A program made the position numbers and the translations under genes. From positions 8,246,001-8,310,000 of the forward strand of contig NC_043001.1 of the NCBI RefSeq assembly GCF_006345805.1: a DNA stretch of 64,000 nucleotides. The letters run 5' to 3'. The notes under the pieces are model-generated. The model was not told where the DNA came from, did no database searches, and worked only from the letters and a program-made list of their open reading frames with translations. Below, piece after piece: positions 50,686 to 64,000 of the stretch; the stretch's first letter is position 1, and each line of letters starts with the position of its first letter. The DNA is from Octopus sinensis (taxonomy: Eukaryota).

Positions 50686-52702
50686 TGTATGTATGTATGT
50701 ATGTATGTGTGTGTCTGTGTTTGTGTGTCTGTGTTTATAGTACATTAATATTAGAAGTAATCATATATGACCCTATTGTCGAAAGTGCATTTATTATTAT
50801 TATGAATATTATTATGAAAATGTAACGGATTCTAATGTCTCTTTTGCACTCAGAAATCTATTTCCTTTTTTCTCATATTTATACAAACACATATCTCTAA
50901 TTCAAAACCTCAGCTGCCCTCCACTCCACACATATTACTCTCAAAAATTCAGAAAATATGTTCCTGTCAAACTTGAAATATCTGATTAAATCGGCAATTA
51001 CTTTCTACTCAGATATTTGGCAGTAGTTCAAAATGAATATATTTAATGCAACATTTTTTTTCACATATCCCTTGTTAGAGTCACGTAAATGCATTTAATG
51101 CATTAATACGTAATATAAAAATCTTGCTTCGAAAGACGTTCTTATTTAGACTATATCTGTTGGAGCAATTAACGAATTATTGTCAAACTTATTATGCTTC
51201 AGTTCCACTTTAGTACATCAGTCAGGAAAACAATGTCAAATCTTTTCTTAATACACATAAAATTTATGACTTGAAACTTTCTGTTTATTTAAGGTTACAT
51301 TCATATTGATCACACGAGAAACAATCGGGAAAATATCTTCGTTCTGTATCTATTGTATCAATGAATTATGACCATTTCCAATTTTATTTGTCAGCTAACA
51401 ATTTATTTCATCTTGTTCTTTTCTATATCTATATATCAGGTGTCTACTGTTGGAACTGAAACAAGATTGATATTGCCAAATTTCGATTTATTCAAATAAC
51501 TGCATATTATTGACAAGGAGAAGATTGTATCAAATAATATCCATACAAATAATAATAAGAATAGCAACCACTCCTATATTCTCGACACATAAAAACTGTG
51601 AAAATCTTTATCAATTCTTAGTTTTTCACATCTTAATAAAAATATTCGTTATAAATATATGAGATGAAATGAATTTCGGGAAATAGGCTAAATTTTAAAT
51701 ATACTAACAAATATATAATTTATTGGATAACGTCTCAAACATTAAACACTGTGACTAATTATTAATAGTGAATTCTAGACACATCGTTTTATATCTAAAC
51801 GCTTTATGTAATTATTTATGTAAATTATAACTTATTGTGCCTCATCTTTCCTTCCTTCACACATAGGTAAATACAAACATAAGTACACACACATACATAT
51901 ATATGAAGAGAGAAATATATAGATGTAGATATATACACACATACAATTATTCTCGAGTGTCGATATTTATCACATCTGAGGCTTTTTGAATGATACATAG
52001 GTTAATCATGTATAATGGCTTTTGCTGAATATTTTATTTCCGGAAATTCTAAATCGTAGCTCGCATTCGAAATCAGTCTTCACCCGAAAAACAAAGGTCA
52101 AAGTGTCGGGAATTATTTTAGTACTTCTAATATAATTAAATCCTATTGACACTACCTTCTTCAGAAGATTATTATTGTTTGATGTCTATCCCTTTATCAG
52201 GCATAGACTATCTAATAAAAAGCTTAATGCTCATGTTAACTAACACGTACCATTAATATTTAGCTCAAGAACTAGATATGGTCAGAGACCTAGATTAATT
52301 CCCATCTACCAGATTTGTATGTGGAAACTCGAAAGTCGAATATTGGTATCAATATTGGGATTGTCTCTTCAATAAAAGCGAAATCGGAAATTCATCAGCT
52401 GCGTCTATTTCCTTTGTCAATAATGGATATTTAGGTTCACATCATAAACCACGTTTAATTCCTTCAAAATCCACTCATCTTCATCAAACATATTTAAAGC
52501 CGTGAAATTGTAGGAGTCAAGGATGCAATAATTATGTTTATGATTTTCAGTGTGTATGTCTGTGTGTTCGTTCGTGTAGGTGTGTATGCATACATACATA
52601 CACACATATATGTATATAATAATTTGGATTATATGTTAATGTAATTTTAAATGAGATATTTAACAAAATTATACTAGTAGAAATACGACAGATTTATATA
52701 TT

Positions 52703-53097
52703 CATTCTACTCCAGGTACAAGGCACCAAATTGTGAGGGAGAGAGCCAGTGGATTAGGTCAACCCCTTTACGTACCTGACACTTAATTTAACGACCCCGA
52801 AAGTATGAAAGGCAAAGTCAACCTCGGCGGAATTTGAACTCAGAATGTAGCGACGGGCGAAATACCTATTTCTTTACTACCCACAAGGGGCTAAACACAG
52901 GGAGGAAAAACAAGGACAGACAAACGGATTGGGTCGATTATATCGACCCCAGTGCGTAACTGGTACTTATTCTATAGACCCCGAAACGATGAAAGGCAAA
53001 GTCGACCTTGGCGTAATTTGAACTCAGAACGTAACGGCAGGCGAAATACGGCTACGCATTTCCCCCGGCGTGCTAACGTTTCTGCTAGTTCGCCGCC
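52703..53097 (-). mobile_element. SINE family A, dimeric
   Basis: Two tandem bodies with different tails. Confidence 0.88.
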
Positions 53098-53922
53098 TTA
53101 ACATATTTATATATTGACAAATGCAGCGATGATTTATTGTAGAACAATGGGTTGAGTCGTGGCAAAATAGGCAAAATCTTCTATTTTATGTTCGGTCCTA
53201 CGAAAGCCTTGTAAGCGCAACAGTAAAAAGGAAATTAATGGAAACCCATCGTGTATACATCTGTGTATGTATCTGTGTGTGCGTGTGTGTCTGCGTGTGT
53301 CTCTGAGTCTGTTGAATCAAGAAAAATACTGCATCCAGTGAGGGATGAATATCAAATTAATACACAAACAAAAGAGCTACTAATAGTTACATGCTTCTCC
53401 GGCACGTTTATGAAAGTGATGCCATTTGGCTAACCACGTATGCGATTTGAAGGGCTGCTCCATACCTCAAAAAATTAAGTTGAGAATATTGGAGTAATCC
53501 AAGCCATATGTTAATAGATCGAAGAAATTCAACTTATGCGTAACTGAAACATCTCGTATTGTTCTTAGATCCAGCAAATCCACACAAAACTAAAATCCAC
53601 ATCTGTAATTCTTATCAGGTGTAGATTACGAATGGATTTCTTTTATACAATTGAAGGGCACCACACGCTCCGTATCGAATTGCTGTTGCACATATTTTCT
53701 ATCAGTTTGTTATAAACCAATTATATTTAATGAGCTTTCGGAAGTCATGGAGGACGAAAATCTTGTCTCTTGGTTTCCTCTTATTTTCAATGTTTCCATT
53801 TCTGCACCAACAGCCTTCACGCTTTTACTACGTATTTTTTCTTACTGTCCCTGGGCCTTGTTTTTGAAATATATACATAATGTATAAACAGAGTGTAATA
53901 GAATACTTTCAGATACATGATG

Positions 53923-53985
53923 TAGATAGATAGATAGATAGATAGATAAATATATAGATAGATAGATAGATAGATATATAGATAG

Positions 53986-54016
<31 letters not shown>

Positions 54017-54031
54017 GATAGATAGATAAAG

Positions 54032-54120
<89 letters not shown>

Positions 54121-54140
54121 TATAGATAGATGATAGATAG
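53923..54140. repeat. (GATA)n microsatellite
   Basis: Visible directly. Confidence 0.95.
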
Positions 54141-54614
54141 GCGCTAAACAGATATTCTCTATATAGATTGAACTTCATAGTGCTCAAAAGGTTTACACTT
54201 GAGCTGGTAGAGGATAAAACGAAACAATGAGCAGATTCGGTAAATCAGTATGCAAAGAATATAAAATAAATTTAATCTAAAATATGTACATGTTTACATA
54301 TAAAAATATTCGAATTACACAGAATAGAAAAGAGATCAGTAAAGAAGTTGAGTATGAGATTTACGAGTCCAACAGCCGTTTCTGGAGGAATGTTTGTGAA
54401 GTAAAACGTTTTTCATTTGAGGTTTTTACAGAAAAGAGATTATAGAGGGAAGAAACAGCTGCTCCCTCGTTATTCAAACCCTTTAATATCTGATATCATT
54501 TCTATTCTGTGTTAATCGAACCTTTTTTTTATATGCAAACATACGTCCATTTTTTTGTATTAAATGTAATAGTATTTTGTATATCGATGTGCCTAACTGC
54601 TTATCATTAATTTT

Positions 54615-54686
<72 letters not shown>

Positions 54687-54689
<3 letters not shown>

Positions 54690-54876
54690 GGTCCCGGGTT
54701 GAGTCGGGGTTAACCACAATAAATAAGGTACTCAATACATAGCAGAGTAAATTAATTTATTTTATAGAAGGAGCTTCTACAGGACTAGAACTATTTCTTG
54801 TCACCTAGCTTCCTGATGATTTCTCTTGAATGAAACAGTTCTAGTCCTGTAGAAGCTCCTTCTATAAAATAAATAA

Positions 54877-54880
<4 letters not shown>
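54687..54880. mobile_element. Inverted (fold-back) Penelope-like terminal fragments with a minimal hammerhead-like core
   Basis: 43-bp inverted repeat 54755-54797/54832-54874 (1 mismatch); CTGATGA-TTTC-TCTT-GAAT-GAAAC at 54813-54836; TA flanks. Confidence 0.6.
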
Positions 54881-55417
<537 letters not shown>

Positions 55418-55493
55418 GATAAGAAAGTTTGTTTGGTAAAGCACGTGGGTGAATATATAAGAAAATAGTAAAGTGTGAAAATATATATTTCTC

Positions 55494-55525
<32 letters not shown>

Positions 55526-55534
55526 ATATATATA

Positions 55535-55583
<49 letters not shown>

Positions 55584-56448
55584 ATATACACATGTATGTA
55601 TGTGCGAAATATATATATCTATATATATCCGTACAAACAGATACAGACACAAACGGAATATTATTATCGTACACACACTCTTTCAGAGAAATGTATATGA
55701 GAGCCAAGCTTTGAATGTATTTGCATATAATTCTGCACTTCGATCAGATCTGGCGTCTGCTTTTTGGGGGTAGGGGGGAGGATTTTTTAACAACTGTATT
55801 TTATCAATTGCAACTTATTTGTCCTTGCAGATTTTATAAATTTAAATCTACTTTGTTCAATGTCTATAATTCGAAGTATTATTACGAATAATATATTTAA
55901 CTTCATCGAAGCAGTTGTTTCAATACCTTGTTAAATATTTCTGATAAAATGAAAATCAAATAATCATTAACTTTATTTCAGCTTATATAATACAAAATAT
56001 TATTAAAATATACTCTCTCTTTACACTCGATTTAATTTACCGTTAGAAGTTAACAGAAAATACATTACAGTAATTCAATAAAATTAACGTCAGCCCACAC
56101 GTAATATGGCCAGGAATTTTAAATCTTATCCTAATTTATGTGTACTTATAAACGCCTAAGTACAACTTGCGCTTCCTGTAAATTATTTCAATGAAGCTAA
56201 ATTAGCATTGCATCTTATTTTCTATGAAGCTCTAAGGTAAGTCACCATTTTAAGATTATTATAAGAATAAAAGATGCCAGAATCAATAATACTTTTAGGA
56301 TGAGAAATAAGAAGATTAGCGAAATATGATATTTAATAAGGTTCGTATATATATATAGTGAAATATATGCTAGAAAAACTCCCAGAGGTAAAACGAATTA
56401 TTTTTCGGTAACGATACATAAGAATGGAATTTTAATATATACATATAT

Positions 56449-56677
56449 ATTTCTTTACTACCCACAAGGAGCTAAACACAGTGGGGACAAACAAAGACAG
56501 ACAAACGGATTAAGTCGATTACATCGTCCCCAGTGCGTAACTGGTACTTATTTAATCAGCCCGAAAGGATGAAAGGCAAAGTCGACCTCGACGGAATTTG
56601 AACTCAGAACGTAACGGCAGGCGAAATACGGCTCCGCATTTCGCCCGGCGTGCTAAAGTTTCTGCCAGCTCGCCGCC
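56449..56677 (-). mobile_element. SINE family A
   Basis: Reverse-complement homology. Confidence 0.88.
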
Positions 56678-56954
56678 TTTCATATAGCGTACTGTTTCTT
56701 ATATTTATGTTTGCGTTGATTGCGGCCATGCTGGAGCAGAGTCTCAATGGGTTTGGTCTAACTAATTCACTCCCAGGATTTATTTGTAAAGACTGATATT
56801 TATTCAATCCGTCAATTTTGCGGAACTGATAAGATAGAGGAATTTGAAGAAGCGGACGTCGGTTGTCAAGCGGCCTGAGGGACAAGCTTCTACACACATT
56901 TACAAGCGCACATACAAAATAAAGAATATGCGCGCGCCAACACACATGAACTCA

Positions 56955-57005
<51 letters not shown>

Positions 57006-57012
57006 TTATAAA

Positions 57013-57425
57013 CGGCGATCTGGCAGAAACGTTAGCACGCCGGGCGAAATGCGTAGCCGTATTTCGTCTGCCGTTACGTTCTGAGTTCAAATTCCGCCGA
57101 GGTCGACTTTGCCCTTCAACCTTTCGGGGTCGATGAAATAAGTACCAGTTACGCACTGGGGTCGATATAATCGACTTTATCCGTTTGTCTGTCCTTGTTT
57201 GTCCTCTGTGTGTTTAGCCCCTTGTGGGTAGTAAAGAAATAGGTATTTCGTTTGCCGTTACGTTCTGAGTTCAAATTTCGCCGAGGTCGACTTTGCCTTT
57301 CATCCTTTCGGGGTCGATTAAATAAGTACCAGTTACGCACTAGGGTCGATATAATCGACTTTTTCCGTTTGTCTGTCCTTGTTTGTCCTCTCTGTGTTTA
57401 GACCCTTGTGGGTAGTAAAGAAATA
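57013..57425 (+). mobile_element. SINE family A, dimeric, with TSD
   Basis: Body repeated twice; ACACATATTTATAAAC on both sides. Confidence 0.9.
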
Positions 57426-58169
57426 CACACATATTTATAAACAATGGGATTCTTTAGGCTTTCCTCGTGACGAAGAGATGAAGTAGAATTGTCTTACACA
57501 AGGTTCTACGCAGCAGTGTTGAATCCAGAATCCTGTGCTTTGGAAACAAATGTCTTATCACACAGACACGCCTCGTAATGATATATTAAACTTATGTATC
57601 GAATGCGGCCATACTAGATAACTTTAATCGAGTCATACATAACAAGATTAGAACTTTCCCCCGTTATTTTGAAGAGCATTAAATACCTGGGCTACGAGTA
57701 ATATTTGTTTAGGCAAATGTATAATAATGTTTCTATATCTCAATAGCATACTTACAGATGTGCGTATACACGCGTATACGCAAGAGTATATAAATATACA
57801 CAATATGTTGGTGAGTTTCGAAATGCTGGACTGCATTTAAATATTATTGAGTAACTAGAATTTATAGAAATAAGGTACGAAGTATTTCAGCTAAACTCAC
57901 GACCGTATATTTGAAGTGTTTTTATCATATGTTTAGGATTCTGCATTATATTACATATGAACAAATTTCGCAAAATAGAATTTTCCGGAAGCACTCTGTC
58001 CCTTCATGTCAGCCATCGCAAAAATCGACAAACAATGGCGCATCATGTGGAACTACAACCTCATTGGACGACGCCGGTCAGTAAACTGATCCACGAGCAT
58101 CGCATCAAGGGGCTTCTATCGGTGGAGGCCTAAAGGGCAACAGGATTGTTGCACAGAAAACGTTTCCCG

Positions 58170-58790
58170 TTACATTTTGTTTCAGCTCAAAGCTGAGGCA
58201 ATGCTGGAGCACAGCCGTTTTATTACACTGTTATTATTGAGAGACTCCTTTAATATGTAGCATTTGGTGAATATGGGCGTTTGATGTCACTACCTTTATT
58301 TCCACCTCTTGCCAGGTGGTGGGTTCATCTGGGACTATCGGCTGAAAGGGATCTACATTTAATTTGAAAACCCTTAAATCCACTTTGTGCAGGTTCCTCA
58401 GGTTCTTTAGATTTAAAAAATATGTGGGCCACCGAAACCCAAGCTTTTGCAGTGCCCGGGCCTGAAGCGCGATGGCTTTGCTGGGATTTTTGACATTCTG
58501 CAGTGTCGATCTGTTTTGGCATTTGTGAAGCTTTCAATGCCAAAACCTGGCACTATTCATTCCAAGATCTTCCACATCTATGTGACTGCATACCTCTCCC
58601 GCATTCAATTCAGGGAGTAGTCTTAGCACTTTCAGCCTTTCTTAGTAACTGAGCAGTTGCGATGAGACGATCTTCTTTCTGAAGCTTCGCTGGATTGCTT
58701 CAAAGACCACTTTTGGGTAACCATAGATGGGGCAATAATCCAGGCGACTGAGGACGAATGCCCTCCAGAGGACTATCATGGTTTCCTCCT
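58170..58790 (-). mobile_element. Diverged CR1-group LINE 3' fragment
   Basis: Colinear with 5915-6550 (CCAGAGGAC.ATCATGGTTTC, AGATCTTCCA, TGCAGGT.CCTCAGGTTCTT); tail CAGCT-TTG-AGCTG-AAAC. Confidence 0.75.
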
Positions 58791-58975
58791 CTTAAATATA
58801 TATACACATAGGCATATATGCTCACATGCATATACACATGCACACATTTCAAAGCGTAAATGTATTCATGTATATATGTATGTGTGTATTCGTGTACATG
58901 TACACACATAAACACACGTATATATACATTCATATATATATATATAAATATATATATATAATATATATATATATT

Positions 58976-59011
<36 letters not shown>

Positions 59012-59149
59012 TTTCTTTAATTTCGACTTTTTGAAAAACAGTGCAAACTGTGAAACCGGTTAAATCATTAAATATAATAATAGAAAAATATTGCAATTAT
59101 TTTCAGACCATTTTCAACTACTCCGTTTCCTATATTACCCTTTAATCTT

Positions 59150-59434
59150 TTAAGTATTTCAGTCATTTTACTGCGGCCATGCTGGAGCACCGCCTTTAGT
59201 CAAGCCAATCGACCCCAGGAGTTATTCTTTCTTTGCAAAGTACTTACTCCAACTGTCTCTTTTGCTGAACCGCTTTTAAGGGGACGTAAACACACCAGCA
59301 TCGGTTGTCAAGCGATGTAGGGAGGGATATAAACAAAAACACATATGCACACACATACACAAAGACACACACACACACCACACACACACACACCACACAC
59401 ACACACACACACACCACATATATATATATAATAT

Positions 59435-59480
<46 letters not shown>

Positions 59481-59627
59481 ATGTATACATACATACGACG
59501 GGCGTCTTTAAGTTTCCGTCAACGAAATCCACGCACAAGGCTTTTGTCGACCCGAGGCTATAGTAGAAGACACTTCTACTGGACACGGAAAAATGTGGTT
59601 GGTAAGAAAGCTACATACCATGCAGCC
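59150..59627 (-). mobile_element. SINE family D with an expanded internal microsatellite
   Basis: Tail and core homology. Confidence 0.8.
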
Positions 59628-59784
59628 AACTCTTTGCAACTGTATAATACATATATATTACTTGTTTTACATAATATGTATATTTTTATACGTATATACA
59701 CATATATATATATTATATATAATATATATATATATGTATACATATATAAAATATATATATATATATCTATTATATAGCATTTAT

Positions 59785-60121
59785 TGTGGAGACTTTCTTC
59801 TGTCATAACTAACCATGGGATTGCAACTCAAGTGTTTCCCTCCCAGGCACAAGTTCGCGCAATGTTGTTTTTGGAAGACCAGAAGTCGCCCATGCATGCC
59901 GGCCTCCTCTCTCCAGGCTACCAGTGTTATCCAAGGGAAAGGGAAAGACCGACACGGCTTCGCACCAGTGATGTCGCAACTCATTTCCACAGCTGAGTGA
60001 ACTGAAGCAACGTGAAATAAAGTGTCTTGCTCAAGGACACAACACGCAGCCCGGGCCGGTATTCGAACTCAGAACTTCGCGATCGTAAGCTTGACGCTCT
60101 AAACATCTAGCCATGCGCCTT
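59785..60121 (-). mobile_element. SINE family C
   Basis: Minus head AGGCGCATGGCTAGATGTTTAGAGCG...GAGTTCGAATACC; core TGTCCTTGAGCAAGACACTT. Confidence 0.82.
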
Positions 60122-60224
60122 CACATATAGCATTTATATATAGTACTTATATATATATTACATATATATATATATATATATAGCTACTATTGCGGAATAA
60201 AATAACTATATATAAAAATGTTTT

Positions 60225-60298
<74 letters not shown>

Positions 60299-61007
60299 CA
60301 CACACATATATATATATATATATACACTATAATAAATAATATCTTTCAAGATAAACTCATGTGAAGTGCAATCATAAGGCTACAAGATATGAGTTTAAGA
60401 ATGTTGTCAACAAAAGTAAAAACACACAGCATAAGAACGCTCGTTGTTCTGCCTAGTATAAGGCAACAATTGGCAACTTCTCAGAGCGAGTTTACTTGCC
60501 TTCAAAATGATTATATTATTAGATCGATCATGATTAATTGTTGTAGTCGAGATATTTACCTGCAAATGATAAGGAAATAACTGGACAAAGGAGTTTACAA
60601 ACGAAAAACGTATAACGAAAATTTCGTTGTCGTTAAAGACATTATTTATAGTTTCGATTCCTATATAGCAAGAAATATTCTATTGAAATTCCATTGGAAT
60701 TATCTCTGTACGTAAGCTTTGAAGCATAAAGCGTTCGGTCGGATTATAAACCCATTTATCATATCATACGTAAATATTCAGCTCTGGTTTAATTAGTTCC
60801 AAGTAATAAAGGTTATGCAGATTTTCCTTCAGCTATAAGTGCATTTGGAAACTTGATTAACAGAAAGAAATAATTCATAATACGATATCGGTAATTTAAA
60901 ATACACTCACTGAAATTGAAATATAGCCGAAATGCAAGCCGGGAAATCGTGACCATATAAGGTTAAAGTATCTCCTTACATAAATTCATTACATGTAGAC
61001 ACACACA

Positions 61008-61073
<66 letters not shown>

Positions 61074-61114
61074 ATACATACATATACATACACATGTACA
61101 TACATACATACATA

Positions 61115-61159
<45 letters not shown>

Positions 61160-61206
61160 ATATATAAATATATATATATATATATAAATATATAATATAT
61201 ATATAT

Positions 61207-61274
<68 letters not shown>

Positions 61275-61571
61275 CTTCATTACAGATAAAGCGTAAAGAA
61301 TTATTAATTTAATAATTAATAAATTTTACCAAGTAGTTTCGGAATGGAAATAGAACCATTATCGGTAGAAAACATTTAGAAAAAGTATTTTTATATAAAT
61401 ATAATTAAGGGTTAAGCAACAAGTTGCTTTGCCTCATACCGAAAATTTAGAAATAGCAGCCAAAAGACAGCTGATGTCTTTTCACTACATATATACCTCC
61501 ACAGATGACAATATTTGTAACTCACATAGGCAAAAAGAAGAAAAATAACGAAATTAAAGAGTCTTCGATTA

Positions 61572-61629
61572 ATTATGGACGCGTTTCTCGTTTAGAATTA
61601 TACAAGTTCTTTTCCGTCTTCAGCGTAAT
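61572..61629 (-). ncRNA. Type I hammerhead ribozyme motif
   Basis: Minus strand: ATTACG-CTGAAGA-stem II-GAAACGCGTC-CATAAT. Confidence 0.65.
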
Positions 61630-61825
61630 ATTTCGACAATTTATAAATTTGAAAATGCTAGGAACCTACCCTTTGCACCCCGATCAAGTGCCACCTGAAA
61701 ATAAGAAAAGATAGGCAGCACATCCAAATTTATATAGACGAGTGAATTCGTATTTTTCTTCCAAGATTACCATGTGCGTCACATGATAGTACCGCGGCAT
61801 TTATAAATTTATAAATTCTCAAATT

Positions 61826-61883
61826 ATTATGCTGAGGAAGGAAATGAATTTGTACATTTCTAATCCAGAAACGCGTCCATAAT
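61826..61883 (+). ncRNA. Type I hammerhead ribozyme motif
   Basis: ATTATG-CTGAGGA-(GAAATG..CATTTC)-GAAACGCGTC-CATAAT; perfect 6-bp stem I. Confidence 0.72.
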
Positions 61884-62395
61884 TAATCGAAGACTGTTTG
61901 ATTTCGTTATTTTCCTTCTTTTTGCCACTGTGAATTACAAATATTGTTATCTGTGTAATAAATATAAATGAGCTGTCGTTTGGCTGCTATTTCTAAATTG
62001 TTGGTATGTGGTGAAGGTTTTTTTCGCTTACCTTAATTTTATATATATATATATATATTGCAATACTACATTCGACTAGTGGAATTGGATGCGCCGAAAA
62101 TCTACGACAGCGGACGAGCGGACGAGTTTCAATTGTCGCATGTGTATTTATGTATGTGTAGAAAACCTTTGTAGTGTTATACCCAGTTTCAGCGTTCTCC
62201 ATAAATGTAGATAATAAAACAATCCAAGTATAAAAGGGTGGATTCTAAAATCTATTCAATTGGTATCTGTTACACGTCCCTCACGATTTCGCGTCCAATA
62301 ATAATCGTGTAATGTGCCTCAAATAAACCATACTTTATGTTACTGGAAGATAACTAAGTTACTGTGATATAACATAAGATCTCGTTTTGCATATA

Positions 62396-62437
<42 letters not shown>

Positions 62438-62576
62438 GGGGGAAGTAAGTAGAAAAAAAGCGAAAATGCACATTGTAAATCAAAACACGTACGAGCTTTT
62501 TTCGCTTACCTTTCTTCTTACTTTCCCTTACATTTCCATATGTAATTTCCATTTTCTTTTTGTATCATATTTCTAT

Positions 62577-62620
<44 letters not shown>

Positions 62621-62662
62621 CGTTATATATACATATATACATATATATGTATATATATATAA

Positions 62663-62860
62663 CGGGAAGCTTTATGAAAATAAGCAGAAGACGAAGGCAG
62701 GTGGAGTACAAACAAACAATTGTATTAGTATGGCGCTCAGGAATATAAATAAAACAAGTCGTTTACGTTTCGAGCCTACGCTCTTCAACAGAAAGATACA
62801 CAGAAAAGAAACACGGAGAGAAACAAGGAGAGAAAAAAATGCGTGCAGAGGCTAGCGAAT
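62663..62860 (-). mobile_element. 9104-type variant-hammerhead element
   Basis: Minus strand CTGTTGA-A-GAGCGTAGGCTC-GAAACGTA. Confidence 0.65.
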
Positions 62861-62932
62861 CAACATATATATATACACAAAACATATATACACAAATCAA
62901 TATATATATACACAAAACATATATACATCTCG

Positions 62933-63290
62933 TGGAAGTGCAATGGCCCAGTAGTTAGAGTAGCGGACTCCTCGCAGCCGTTTCGATTCCCAGACCAGGG
63001 GTTGTGTGTGTTTATTGAGCAACAATACGTAAAGCTCCTACCGGCTCCGGCAGGGTTTTGTGGTGAACCCTTCTGTACTCTTTCATTGTTTCTTCCTATT
63101 TCAATTGTAGCTGTATTTCTAAAGGCCACCCTTGTCACAGTTTGTGTCACGTGAATCTCCCCGAAATCTACGTTTAGGGTACACGTGACTCTCGAATGCT
63201 CACCCATTTTCACGTTAATTTCACGAGCAGATTCTTCCTTTGATCGGATCAACTAGAACCCACGTCGTCGTAACCACCGGTGTACCACGA
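62933..63290 (+). mobile_element. SINE family B, long tail, diverged
   Basis: Homology to the 26347 copy. Confidence 0.8.
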
Positions 63291-63406
63291 CTCCTATCTC
63301 TACTAGGGAGCGCTGAAAAATGTAGGGTATTGCGAAAAGCCTGGTTGGAGGCCCAAACTTCCGAGTTCTTCTACAGTGCTTAGACAAACTGAAGGACGGC
63401 AGCAAT

Positions 63407-63449
<43 letters not shown>

Positions 63450-64000
63450 TGAGAGGGGGAATACAATGGATAAAATCATAATTAACTAATCTCCCTATAT
63501 TTTCTTTTATCGAAAGACAGAATATTTTCAGCTTCTCTCGTACATTTGCATCCATGTGTGTATGCTTACATGCAGATATATGTGGGTGTATGTTTGCATC
63601 TATATATGTAGATTGAATATGCAGGAATTGAGCCTTATCTCATTTGTTGCTCTTCTCAGTGACACATGTCTTCATGGAAAAGATCAAATTGAAAGAGGTT
63701 AAACATTTTGTATAGGTGAGGTACGAAGAAAGGTATGTTTGATCATCTCATATTAAGAATGCACTAAAACTTGCTAAACAGATACGATAACTATCCCAGT
63801 ATCAAACACGATCACTTTATTTTCTGAAAGATATATTTAAGGGTACATATCTGATCCCTTTAATAAACGGTTATGTGCCGTTAGACTCTTTAAAGGAGCA
63901 AAATAATGTGCTTTTGTCATCTCAGAATTCTTCCATAATAAAAGGCCATAAACTCTGGCGATTAAATTGCCAGGGGCAGTGCTGATTATAATAACTTGGT

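Larger units (their letters stand above)
61300..62040. mobile_element. Inverted pair of Penelope-like terminal repeats, each carrying a hammerhead
   Basis: About 61400-61660 is the diverged reverse complement of about 61800-62040; shares TTTAGAAATAGCAG and TACCAAGTAG motifs with 15660-16724. Confidence 0.75.

Noticed and set aside
52417-52545. Peptide DEDEWILKELNVVYDVNLNIHY, faintly like Polinton-derived proteins
   Set aside because: Too short and weak to support without a search.

Overview
AT-rich, repeat-dense eukaryotic DNA with no host gene that I can support from sequence alone. It looks intronic or intergenic. The SINE families and abundant (TA)n/(TAA)n/(CA)n microsatellites resemble an octopus/coleoid cephalopod genome (inference). 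Almost all ORFs in the track are microsatellite or SINE translation artefacts. Supported content: (i) a 5'-truncated CR1-group LINE with an almost intact APE+RT ORF2 (5887-9063, minus) and two 3' fragments of the same group; (ii) about 25 copies of four tRNA-derived SINE families; (iii) two decayed mariner transposons; (iv) a cluster of R4/Dong-like RLE-LINE relics tied to (TAA)n at 31.7-41.6 kb; (v) a Helentron-like non-autonomous element; (vi) two adjacent minisatellite arrays at 20.2-22.65 kb. The 34-bp array appears to derive from an internal SINE segment, and the 52-bp array flips orientation at its own internal inverted repeat. The most interesting signal is a set of non-coding, Penelope-like (retrozyme-like) elements with type I hammerhead ribozyme motifs in tandem or inverted layouts (16339-16438, 18957-19048, 54813-54844, 61572-61883). 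Related to these are a dispersed family with a CUGUNGA core variant and a tRNA-headed element with a hammerhead-like tail. One SINE family shares a covarying 3' stem-loop with the CR1-group LINE, which points to its probable partner LINE.
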